Below are positions 1-8,231 of a stretch of DNA of 27,616 nucleotides, one piece after another. The translations under genes and the position numbers were made by a program. Below the pieces are notes generated by a model. It was not told the origin of the DNA, ran no database searches, and was given only the letters and a program-made list of their open reading frames with translations. Position 1 is the stretch's first letter. Each line of letters begins with the position of its first letter. Source of the stretch: a virus. Taxonomy: Duplodnaviria; Caudoviricetes. The stretch lies in IMG/VR virus record IMGVR_UViG_3300026258_000013, positions 1 through 27,616 of that record. One strand, 5' to 3'.

Positions 1-495
1 CATTTTATAACTGACCAAAATTTTACAATAGGTGGTTGGTTTTATAGAAATTCAGCCGGTGGTTCCGCTGGCTATGAAACTTTATGGGCTCAGGGGTATT
101 CCCCAGCTGTTAGATGTCAAATTTACGGAGCTGGTGGCAGCGCAAATGGAAATAGACTTTATATATATTTACACAATGGGTCTTCTGGTAACACTTATGA
201 TACAGGTATAGATTTGCCTACAGGCGAATGGTTTCATTTAATGAAAACATATGATCTTTCGGCGGGTACTGTTAAGGTTTATTTAAACAGTGCTTTGAAG
301 AAAACACAAAGTACAATTACGGGTAATATTTATAGCTCTGGAAACAGTGATGCTCTTTTTAGAATAGCAAAAAATTCAACTAATAGCAACGGCTACATAA
401 ACGGTAAAATTTCTCAAGTAAGAGTTTATGATTCAGTTTTAACAGACGCACAAATTGTGGATGATTATTCTACACACGATTATTTATATATTTAA
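1..495 (+). CDS. LamG/concanavalin A-like domain tail fibre protein, 5'-truncated by the window
   Basis: Frame 1 is open from base 1 (HFITDQNFTIGGWFYRN...) through the tracked 214..495 ORF. LamG hallmarks: FTIGGWF, GEWFHL..TYD, VKVYLNS, INGKISQVRVYDSVLTDAQI. Confidence 0.75.
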   Translation, partial: HFITDQNFTIGGWFYRNSAGGSAGYETLWAQGYSPAVRCQIYGAGGSANGNRLYIYLHNGSSGNTYDTGIDLPTGEWFHLMKTYDLSAGTVKVYLNSALKKTQSTITGNIYSSGNSDALFRIAKNSTNSNGYINGKISQVRVYDSVLTDAQIVDDYSTHDYLYI

Positions 496-513
496 ATTTA
501 ATTAAATCAAATT

Positions 514-1464
514 ATGGAAATGTTTAGCAATGAGCTTTTAGAAGAGCGCATATGGGATTTGCGAAAAAATGAAAGCTTAAATATTTTAAAGCCTGTAGAA
601 AAATACGCTTTAGAAAGAATTAAAAGTGTTGGCTTGGAACACTCGTATGATGTTATTGCAAACGAAATACCTTATTTCAAAACGATGGGGTATACCGAGT
701 ATGCTAATTCTTTTATATTCCAGCCTTTAAATTTTGACTTTAGAGAAAAAATGATAGAAGAAGCTTTTTATGAAAAAAGCGATAATGTTTTAGACTACGC
801 TGGGTTTTTTAGGAATAATTTAATTAGCAACAATGCTAATAAATACAAAGATAGAAAACAAGAGTTTGAAAAAAATCAACCTAGAAATTATATTGTAGTT
901 TTACCCGGGTCAAATAAGATAAAGCAAAGAATATGTATGAACAAAATGGAATACATATACGAGAAGCATAAAGGGGATATATATTTTAAGCCACACCCGG
1001 TGAGCTCTTACCAGACGGTGGGCGAAATAATGGACAAGTTCGGTGAAGACCATGTTTTGGATAAAAATGTTGATTTATATCACTATTTACCAAAGACTAA
1101 AAAAATATATACAACCCATTTAAGTGAATCTGCTTTGTATGGCGTTATATTGGGAATTAAAATTGAACCAATTGATGTATATAATAGCCTTGAAGGTACT
1201 TCATTCTACAATATAAATAAATTGCTATTTAACTACCAAGATTTAGGTGATAAATTAATTAATGAAACTTTTTCTAACTATAAGTCTGGATTTGTAAACC
1301 CTGCTTTAGATAAAAATTGGAAAAAAACAATTAATAAGTATATTGAGTATACGCAAAAAAATAGATTAGCCTATAAGGACTGGTTTATTGTTAAAGAAAA
1401 ACCTAAAAAAGAGCCGTGTACAGAGTGCGAAGAAGCTAAAAAGCAAAGAGAAAAAAAACAATGA
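514..1464 (+). CDS. Putative GT-B glycosyltransferase, KpsC/KpsS (capsule synthesis)-like
   Basis: 316 aa. Motifs NKY, YIVVLPG, YFKPHP and KIYTTHLSESALYGVILGIKI resemble the xKxHP and 'vyt.sS..g.eall.Gk.v' motifs of Kdo/sialyl-transferase-like proteins. C-terminal CxxC. ATGA overlap with the next gene. Confidence 0.5.
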   Translation: MEMFSNELLEERIWDLRKNESLNILKPVEKYALERIKSVGLEHSYDVIANEIPYFKTMGYTEYANSFIFQPLNFDFREKMIEEAFYEKSDNVLDYAGFFRNNLISNNANKYKDRKQEFEKNQPRNYIVVLPGSNKIKQRICMNKMEYIYEKHKGDIYFKPHPVSSYQTVGEIMDKFGEDHVLDKNVDLYHYLPKTKKIYTTHLSESALYGVILGIKIEPIDVYNSLEGTSFYNINKLLFNYQDLGDKLINETFSNYKSGFVNPALDKNWKKTINKYIEYTQKNRLAYKDWFIVKEKPKKEPCTECEEAKKQREKKQ

Positions 1465-3662
1465 TAGGAACCACCCAGTTAATTAATGCATTTGGCGGGC
1501 CAGCCTCAACTACAGATAATGTAGATTATCCTGTAACAAATTTAGCATGTTATAAATTCGATAATACTTCTAAAAGCGAAACATCTACAACACATTACTT
1601 ATTTATAGGTGATGCTGGCAATCAAAGCTCGAGCGGAAGACTTAATTCTGTTGATGCTGAATTTACATATACAAGGCCAACCGGTTATAGTGAGTGGGGT
1701 GGTTCATGGGACACAAGTAATAAAACCGGGTCTGCTACTCAAACTTTTGAAGAGTCTAATAAAAAATGGACAAAATCAGGGACCTATTATAACGCAGTAT
1801 GGAGCACTAATAAATACCATAGTGGCAAATATTATGCTGAAATAGAGTTTTTAGGTGCTGAATTAATTTATGGTATTAGCAGGCTTACGTCAGCTACAGG
1901 AGCCGGTACAACTTTACAAAACGGTTCAGTTTATTACGGAAGTTGGGCTACACACTCCTGGAAATACAGCACTACTAATACTGCTGAGGGCGCTATTCTA
2001 AGTACTAATGATGTTATTGGTCTAGCAGCTGATTTTGATAATCAAATATTACAAGTTTATAGAAACAATGTTTTACTTGATACAGTTTCAATAGCGGCAC
2101 CTAACGGAACAGACACTAACGTAGAATACAGGGCGGGCAAGTTTGGTCAAGCCGCGGTATTCAATGGGAGCAATAGCAAAATTACAATTCCAAGTAGCCC
2201 TTTTAATATAACCACTTATAGTTTATCTTTTTGGATTAATGCTGCTACTTATAACCAATCAACTACATCTATTATTAATATAGGTTTAGATAATACGGGA
2301 GGTGCATGGAGTGGACTTGCTTTTGGTGTAAATGCTAACAAAGTATTTTATTATGGTGGGGATGTAACAGGCGTTGGCGGTACAGGATTTTTTACACAAA
2401 CAGGTACAACCAGTATAACAAATGGGGCATGGGTACATATTGCAATTATTGTAAACGGTACAGCAGTAACAGGGTATGTTAATGGGACACAAGACTCTGG
2501 GTTATCAAGAACTTTAGGTGCTAATATAACATATAGAGGTGGCTCTATAAATACAATAGGCGTTAGATCAGGCGCGTTTGGATCGTATGGGTATTGGAAT
2601 GGAAGTGTTGATCAATTTAGAGTATTTAGTTCCGCACTTTCAGCATCTCAAGTAACCCAACTTTACAACGAAATACCTGAAACAGATACATCTAACTTTA
2701 AGGCGGTGTTGTATACAGGCAATGATGGTGGTAGTAACAATACTTCGCAACTAATAAATAATGTTGGATTTAGACCTGACCTTGTTTGGATTAAGAATAG
2801 AGAGCATACATATAATCACATTTTAATGGATTCTGTAAGGGGTGATGATTTAATCCTACATTCAAATACTAATGATGTCAGTTCATCTGCTTACGGAGGT
2901 AGTTTAGCAATAGAAGATACAGGTTTTACAACAGGTAAAGGAGATGAAACTAATAAGGGATTAGCAAATTATAATAAATTTGTAGCTTGGTGTTGGAAGG
3001 GCGGAGGAAATGCGGTTACAGACAATTCAGGGGCTGTTAGCGCAGAGGTTAGCGCAAATACTGGTTTAGGATTTAGCATAGTAAAATATAATGATTCAGG
3101 CACAGGCGGTCAAACTGTAGCTCACGGATTAAATAGTCCCCCTGAAATTATGATCACAAAAACTACAGATACCGCTACTGATTGGTTTGTTTATACTACG
3201 CTTATAGATGGTGGTATGGACTATTTAAAATTGAATACTCTCGCTGCCGCTGCTTCAAGCAGTTTGGCTGTTCCAACAAGTGATTTTATATATTCAAGAG
3301 GGCAAAGTAGCACAAGCATAATAAATTATCTTTTCCATTCAGTAACTGGAGTTAGCAAGATGGGTACTTATACAGGGGCAACAGGTAACAAAACTGTTAC
3401 TATTGGATTTAGACCATCATTTGTTATAATAAAAAACACTTCAACAGCAAGTGCTGGTAATTGGAATATGATGGATAGTCGTAGAGACACAAGCAATCCA
3501 ATAGAGCTTAATTTATGGGCTGATACAAGCGGCACAGAGGCAACTGCGTCACAGTCCAATGTTTATGATGTTGATTTTGATGCTACTGGATTTACAATAA
3601 AAAACAATTATATTCCTTTTAACCAAAACGGAGAGGAATACATATATATGGCATTCAAATAA
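1461..3662 (+). CDS. Tail fibre / receptor-binding protein (LamG + SPRY + C-terminal phage fibre module)
   Basis: SPRY-like GKYYAEIEF...DVIGLAADFDNQILQVYRNN. LamG GKFGQAAVFNG...SLSFWIN...WVHIAI...NGSVDQFRVFSSALSASQVTQLY. C-terminal GFRPDLVWIKNR / VAWCWKGG / GFRPSFVIIK / YIYMAF motifs are typical of marine phage fibres. Confidence 0.75.
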   Translation: MIGTTQLINAFGGPASTTDNVDYPVTNLACYKFDNTSKSETSTTHYLFIGDAGNQSSSGRLNSVDAEFTYTRPTGYSEWGGSWDTSNKTGSATQTFEESNKKWTKSGTYYNAVWSTNKYHSGKYYAEIEFLGAELIYGISRLTSATGAGTTLQNGSVYYGSWATHSWKYSTTNTAEGAILSTNDVIGLAADFDNQILQVYRNNVLLDTVSIAAPNGTDTNVEYRAGKFGQAAVFNGSNSKITIPSSPFNITTYSLSFWINAATYNQSTTSIINIGLDNTGGAWSGLAFGVNANKVFYYGGDVTGVGGTGFFTQTGTTSITNGAWVHIAIIVNGTAVTGYVNGTQDSGLSRTLGANITYRGGSINTIGVRSGAFGSYGYWNGSVDQFRVFSSALSASQVTQLYNEIPETDTSNFKAVLYTGNDGGSNNTSQLINNVGFRPDLVWIKNREHTYNHILMDSVRGDDLILHSNTNDVSSSAYGGSLAIEDTGFTTGKGDETNKGLANYNKFVAWCWKGGGNAVTDNSGAVSAEVSANTGLGFSIVKYNDSGTGGQTVAHGLNSPPEIMITKTTDTATDWFVYTTLIDGGMDYLKLNTLAAAASSSLAVPTSDFIYSRGQSSTSIINYLFHSVTGVSKMGTYTGATGNKTVTIGFRPSFVIIKNTSTASAGNWNMMDSRRDTSNPIELNLWADTSGTEATASQSNVYDVDFDATGFTIKNNYIPFNQNGEEYIYMAFK

Positions 3663-3668
3663 AAAAAT

Positions 3669-4019
3669 ATGGCTTTAACAACAATAACATCAAGAGTAAT
3701 AGCTCCGGAGTTCACAACATCGTCGAATCTAACTTCTGCAGCATCTGTAGCTGTTGATTGGGATAGTTCACAAGTTTTTAGGATTACAGCTGGACACTCT
3801 ATAACTTTTACTTTTTCTGATTTTAAAATCGGAATGGTAAAAATTATTGTGGCTACAGGCGGTGGTGGAAGCCACACATTAACTTTTCCCACGGGATCTA
3901 TTAATTTGAGTGGAACTTATGATGACACGGCTGGTACTAAAAATTTTATACAAATAGTGTGTACAGATGATGATGGCTCACCTGAGTTTTTTTATACAAT
4001 ATCTCAGCCTACAACATAA
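3669..4019 (+). CDS. Small beta-rich virion/tail-fibre accessory protein
   Basis: 116 aa, Thr/Ser/Gly-rich beta-strand pattern, MALTTI N-terminus, follows the fibre gene, A-rich start context. Confidence 0.5.
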   Translation: MALTTITSRVIAPEFTTSSNLTSAASVAVDWDSSQVFRITAGHSITFTFSDFKIGMVKIIVATGGGGSHTLTFPTGSINLSGTYDDTAGTKNFIQIVCTDDDGSPEFFYTISQPTT

Positions 4020-4035
4020 TAAATAATTAAATTAA

Positions 4036-4449
4036 ATGGCGAAAAAAAGATTTAAAGATACAGGCGTTGGAAAATTTTTATTAGAAAAAATTCCTAACGT
4101 TGTTGGTGCAATAGCAGGTGACACACCAGTAGGTTCTGTTATACAAGCTATAATTGGCGGGTCTGATATGTCAGAAGCGGATAAAAAAATTGCACTTAAA
4201 AAATTAGATATTGAAAGAGCTGAGATAGACGGCACTACTAGACGTTGGGTTGCGGATGCAACTTCAGGGTCGTGGTTAGCAGCTAATGTTAGGCCTTTAA
4301 CATTAGTGTTTTTAACAATAAGTTATGTAGCTGGGTGGTATATGGGCTACCCATTAGATTCAATTACAGGCTTACTTACTATTGTTATTGGTGGCTATTT
4401 CGGTTCAAGAGGGGTAGAAAAAGTTTTTGGAAACAGTAAACACAAATAA
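4036..4449 (+). CDS. Holin (3TM/GTA-type holin-like)
   Basis: Motifs SWLAANVRPLTLVFL and LLTIVIGGYFGSRGVEK, two C-terminal hydrophobic helices, upstream of the endolysin. Confidence 0.7.
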   Translation: MAKKRFKDTGVGKFLLEKIPNVVGAIAGDTPVGSVIQAIIGGSDMSEADKKIALKKLDIERAEIDGTTRRWVADATSGSWLAANVRPLTLVFLTISYVAGWYMGYPLDSITGLLTIVIGGYFGSRGVEKVFGNSKHK

Positions 4450-4607
4450 TGAACGACTTAAAAATTTACGGCATAAACGTCGGAGCAGTTGCGTTTTCAG
4501 CGCTGCCGAACATAAACCCCACTTTGCAAACCGTAGTATTGGTTATGACAATAATATATACAGGGATGAATATTTATATGAAATTAAAAGATAGAAATAA
4601 ACAATGA
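4449..4607 (+). CDS. Small membrane protein (52 aa), not in the ORF track; possible holin/antiholin
   Basis: MNDLKIYGINVGAVAFSALPNINPTLQTVVLVMTIIYTGMNIYMKLKDRNKQ. The start overlaps the holin stop (TAATG) and the stop overlaps the endolysin start (ATGA). Two hydrophobic segments and a basic C-terminus. Confidence 0.75.
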   Translation: MNDLKIYGINVGAVAFSALPNINPTLQTVVLVMTIIYTGMNIYMKLKDRNKQ

Positions 4608-4948
4608 AATACTTTGAAGAGTCCGAATTTAACGGCTTTGAAATGATGGATAAAAAACTTCTTTCAATGCTAGACAGCTTGCGAGAAGTATATGGCTATC
4701 CAATAAAAATTACATCTGACTACAGAAGCCCGGAGCATCCTATAGAGGCTTCAAAAAAACAGCCCGGTGAACACGCATATGGTGCAGCAGTTGACATTGA
4801 GAGTGTTGGGGGCGAAAAAACATTTAAATTAGTTAAAGCCGCAATTGAAGTTGGTTTTACTAGAATAGGTATTAGCAGGAAAAGAGGGTTTATGCATTTA
4901 GGTATTGGGTACCCCGGCGCACCTAATACCACTATATGGACATACTAA
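4604..4948 (+). CDS. Endolysin, peptidase M15 family (Zn-dependent)
   Basis: ITSDYRSPEH...GEHAYGAAVDI...FMHLGI gives the R, H-x6-D and H ligand pattern of M15 peptidases. Confidence 0.8.
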   Translation: MKYFEESEFNGFEMMDKKLLSMLDSLREVYGYPIKITSDYRSPEHPIEASKKQPGEHAYGAAVDIESVGGEKTFKLVKAAIEVGFTRIGISRKRGFMHLGIGYPGAPNTTIWTY

Positions 4949-4958
4949 AATAAATTAA

Positions 4959-5177
4959 ATGAAATTAATTAGAAAAATTAGCATAGGCCAAGATTATAAA
5001 AACGAAGCTATGCATTATTCGGTAGGCCAGGAGGTTTACGGTGGGCACACAATATGCGATATAATTGAAGAAGAGGGTTCTTACCAAATATATATTGAAA
5101 AGAAAGGATCGCAATTGCCATGGAAACACTTTAATAAAAATATGGCCGTGTCTATAGAATACAATTTAGATTATTAA
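4959..5177 (+). CDS. Hypothetical phage protein (72 aa)
   Basis: Clean ORF filling the gap, A-rich start context, stop abuts the next start (TAAATG). Confidence 0.7.
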   Translation: MKLIRKISIGQDYKNEAMHYSVGQEVYGGHTICDIIEEEGSYQIYIEKKGSQLPWKHFNKNMAVSIEYNLDY

Positions 5178-5765
5178 ATGAAGTCATTATACAATTATAT
5201 TATATCAACAAATGACAGATACAATAATAAAACATCTGTTAACGGCAAAGAGCTTATATTAAATACCGAAATAACAGAAAGAGATTACGAATTTGTAAAC
5301 CGTATTGGTACAGTAATAAGCACGCCTATAAATATTAAAACCCCTATTAAAAAAGGGGACCGAGTTATAGTGCATCATAACGTATTTAGAAGATGGTATG
5401 ATGTTAAAGGAAATGAAAGAAATTCAGGGAATTACATAAATGAGAACAGATACTCAGTGTCGCCTGATCAGTTATTTGCGTATAACCAAAATAGCAAATG
5501 GCATTGCCCAAATATGTATTGTTTTGTAGAACCTTTAGAAAATGAAGACATATGGAGCACCGAGAGCGAACAAAAACTTTTAGGAGTGCTTACATATACT
5601 AATGACTATTTAAGCTCATTAGAAGTGTCCTGTGGAGATATTGTAGGTTTTACGCCAGAATCTGAGTATGAATTTAACATAGATGATAAAAAATTATATA
5701 GAATTTTATCAACTGAAATAACTATCAACTATGGACATAAAAAAGAAACGCAAACTTATTCTTGA
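5178..5765 (+). CDS. GroES-like co-chaperonin with two GroES-like domains
   Basis: Two copies of the GroES pattern: GTVISTP...IKKGDRVIVHH and GVLTY...VSCGDIVGFTPESEYEFNIDDKKLYRILSTEI. Confidence 0.6.
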   Translation: MKSLYNYIISTNDRYNNKTSVNGKELILNTEITERDYEFVNRIGTVISTPINIKTPIKKGDRVIVHHNVFRRWYDVKGNERNSGNYINENRYSVSPDQLFAYNQNSKWHCPNMYCFVEPLENEDIWSTESEQKLLGVLTYTNDYLSSLEVSCGDIVGFTPESEYEFNIDDKKLYRILSTEITINYGHKKETQTYS

Positions 5766-5991
5766 AGCTGCTGAAAATTCAATTAATGAATTAATAAAGG
5801 TAATGAATAAGAAAATGGATCCAGATGAACTTGATCCTGAAAAAGTAAAAATATCAGCCTCAGCTTATAGGCTCGCGATGGAAGATGCTATTGCGCTTTT
5901 ACAAAGAGTAGAAGAAATAAATGAAATGATGAACGAATCACCAAAGACTGCTAAGGATAGTTTTTATGGTGTAGAAAACAGAGCTAAATAA
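5731..5991 (+). CDS. Putative terminase small subunit
   Basis: 86-aa helical protein directly upstream of TerL and coupled to it (TAATG). Assignment is positional. Confidence 0.5.
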   Translation: MDIKKKRKLILEAAENSINELIKVMNKKMDPDELDPEKVKISASAYRLAMEDAIALLQRVEEINEMMNESPKTAKDSFYGVENRAK

Positions 5992-8228
5992 TGTATAAAC
6001 AAAGTCTATATGCTATACACTCTGCGCATTTGTCTACTAAAAGTGTAAAAAGAAATAATAAGCTAAAAAATTACAAGTACGGTTATAATGACGATCTTGA
6101 TTGTGTAGTAATAAGCAAAGATGGTACCATAGGTGAAATTTTTGAAATACAAGGATTACGTATTGCATTACCCGCAATACCAAAAAAAGTGTATTCAAAT
6201 AGCGAAAAACCTGAAGATCAAGTTTTTAAGCAAACCTTAAAACCCGCTACGCTATCAAAAATTAAATCGATACATGATTTTCAATTATATCCAGATGACA
6301 TTAAAGAAAAATATTACGAATATATTAATTCGGAGTTTGACCGCCGCAATGATGGTTACTGGTTTATGTGCAATGGCACAGCAACCTACATCACGGGAAC
6401 ACATTATATGTATCTCAACTGGACAAAAATTGATGTTGGCGCACCTGAATTTAGACAATCAAACAAAATATTCTTTTATTTTTGGGAAGCTTGCAAAGCG
6501 GATTACAGGTGTTATGGAATGTGCTACCTCAAAAATAGACGGAGTGGATTCTCCTTTATGGCGAGCGCAGAAACAGTTAACCAAGCTACAATATCAAAAG
6601 ACGCAAGGTTTGGGGTACTATCAAAGAGTGGGGGAGACGCAAAAAAAATGTTTACCGACAAGATTGTACCTATATCGATCAACTACCCATTCTTCTTTAA
6701 ACCAATACAAGATGGGATGGAAAGACCAAAAACTGAACTTTCCTACAAAATACCATCTAAAAGACTTACAAGAAATTCACTCAAAGCAACTGATCAAGAT
6801 GAAGTACAAGTTGGTGAAGGGCTGGACACTACAATTGACTGGAAGAACACGGGTGACAACTCCTACGATGGGGAGAAACTAAAATTACTAGTCCATGACG
6901 AATCTGGCAAATGGGAAAGACCTGATAATATACTAAACAACTGGCGCGTTACTAAAACTTGTTTGAGATTAGGCGCTAAAGTTGTTGGAAAGTGTATGAT
7001 GGGATCAACATCAAACGCTTTAGACAAAGGAGGGGATAATTTTAAAAAGTTATACTATGACTCAAAAGTCGAAAATAGAAACCGTAATGGGCAGACTGCT
7101 AGTGGATTATACTCTTTGTTCATACCTATGGAATGGAACTATGAGGGATTCATTGATAAATATGGATTTCCTGTATTCGATAGTCCAGAAAAACCTGTCG
7201 AAGGAATTGACGGGGAGCTTATCAGATATGGAGTTATCGATCATTGGGAGAATGAAGCAGATGGACTCAAAGAAAATAATGACGCTTTAAACGAGTTTTA
7301 TAGACAATTTCCAAGAAGCGAAAAGCACGCGTTTAGAGACGAAATAGAAAAGTCTTTATTCAATCTAAATAAAATATACGAACAAATAGATTTCAATGAA
7401 GAAATGACAATGCAGGGTTATGTAACCCGCGGGTCGTTTAGCTGGAAAAATGGAGTTAAAGATTCTGAAGTAGAATTTTATCCAAATAAAACAGGTAGAT
7501 TTAAATTATCCTGGATTCCGCCGGTTGAAATGCAAAATAACATAATAGTAAAAAACGGTATTAAACACCCAGGCAATAAAGATTTAGGTGCATTTGGTTG
7601 TGATAGCTATGATATTAGCGGTACAACAGACGGCAGCGGATCTAATGGGGCACTTCATGGGCTTACTACGTTTAGTATGCTAGCTGATGTGCCGTCTAGC
7701 CAATTCTTTTTAGAATACGTTGCTAGGCCACAAACAGCAGAAATATTTTTTGAAGATGTGCTTATGGCAATGATATTTTACGGAATGCCAATACTTGCCG
7801 AAAATAACAAACCTAGATTATTATATCATATCAAAAGAAGAGGTTATAGAGGGTTTTCAATGAACAGACCCGACCGATCTCGCAGAAAGTTATCTATAAC
7901 AGAAAAAGAATTAGGTGGTATACCTAATACTTCAGAAGACATAAGACAAGCTCATGCAGCTGCAATTGAAAGCTATATTGAAACCCATGTTGGGTTAAAA
8001 GAAAATGGTGATTGTGGCAAAATGTACTTTCAGAGAACATTAGAGGACTGGGCTAAATTTGATATTAATAAAAGAACAAAGTTTGATGCGTCTATAAGCT
8101 CTGGGCTTGCCATAATGGCATGCCAAAGACATTTATATGCATCCAAAACAACGAGAGAAGTTAAGAAAATAGACTTTGGATTTTCAAAATACAATAACCA
8201 AGGTTCAAAAAGTAAAATAATACAATAG
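5991..8228 (+). CDS. terL: Terminase large subunit
   Basis: 745 aa. Walker A-like LKNRRSGFS, Walker B LLVHDESGK, coupling motif GSTSN, RNase H-like nuclease start FGCDSYD, C-terminal FDASISSGLA. Confidence 0.9.
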   Translation: MYKQSLYAIHSAHLSTKSVKRNNKLKNYKYGYNDDLDCVVISKDGTIGEIFEIQGLRIALPAIPKKVYSNSEKPEDQVFKQTLKPATLSKIKSIHDFQLYPDDIKEKYYEYINSEFDRRNDGYWFMCNGTATYITGTHYMYLNWTKIDVGAPEFRQSNKIFFYFWEACKADYRCYGMCYLKNRRSGFSFMASAETVNQATISKDARFGVLSKSGGDAKKMFTDKIVPISINYPFFFKPIQDGMERPKTELSYKIPSKRLTRNSLKATDQDEVQVGEGLDTTIDWKNTGDNSYDGEKLKLLVHDESGKWERPDNILNNWRVTKTCLRLGAKVVGKCMMGSTSNALDKGGDNFKKLYYDSKVENRNRNGQTASGLYSLFIPMEWNYEGFIDKYGFPVFDSPEKPVEGIDGELIRYGVIDHWENEADGLKENNDALNEFYRQFPRSEKHAFRDEIEKSLFNLNKIYEQIDFNEEMTMQGYVTRGSFSWKNGVKDSEVEFYPNKTGRFKLSWIPPVEMQNNIIVKNGIKHPGNKDLGAFGCDSYDISGTTDGSGSNGALHGLTTFSMLADVPSSQFFLEYVARPQTAEIFFEDVLMAMIFYGMPILAENNKPRLLYHIKRRGYRGFSMNRPDRSRRKLSITEKELGGIPNTSEDIRQAHAAAIESYIETHVGLKENGDCGKMYFQRTLEDWAKFDINKRTKFDASISSGLAIMACQRHLYASKTTREVKKIDFGFSKYNNQGSKSKIIQ
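6274..6882 (+). CDS. Candidate nested (+1 frame) gene inside terL; putative exported protein
   Basis: 202 stop-free codons in a frame normally rich in stops; synonymous codon pattern avoids NTA+purine; signal-peptide-like N-terminus ending AMA|QQ. Alternative start at 6295. Confidence 0.55.
   Translation: MIFNYIQMTLKKNITNILIRSLTAAMMVTGLCAMAQQPTSREHIICISTGQKLMLAHLNLDNQTKYSFIFGKLAKRITGVMECATSKIDGVDSPLWRAQKQLTKLQYQKTQGLGYYQRVGETQKKCLPTRLYLYRSTTHSSLNQYKMGWKDQKLNFPTKYHLKDLQEIHSKQLIKMKYKLVKGWTLQLTGRTRVTTPTMGRN
7057..7290 (+). CDS. Second candidate nested (+1 frame) gene inside terL
   Basis: 77 aa, same codon-avoidance pattern, AT-rich start context tttaaaaagttatactATG with A at -3. Confidence 0.4.
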   Translation: MTQKSKIETVMGRLLVDYTLCSYLWNGTMRDSLINMDFLYSIVQKNLSKELTGSLSDMELSIIGRMKQMDSKKIMTL

Positions 8229-8231
8229 AAA

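Noticed and set aside
214-495. Tracked 93-aa ORF starting at TTG 214
   Set aside because: The frame is open from base 1 with LamG motifs; it is the tail of a longer gene.
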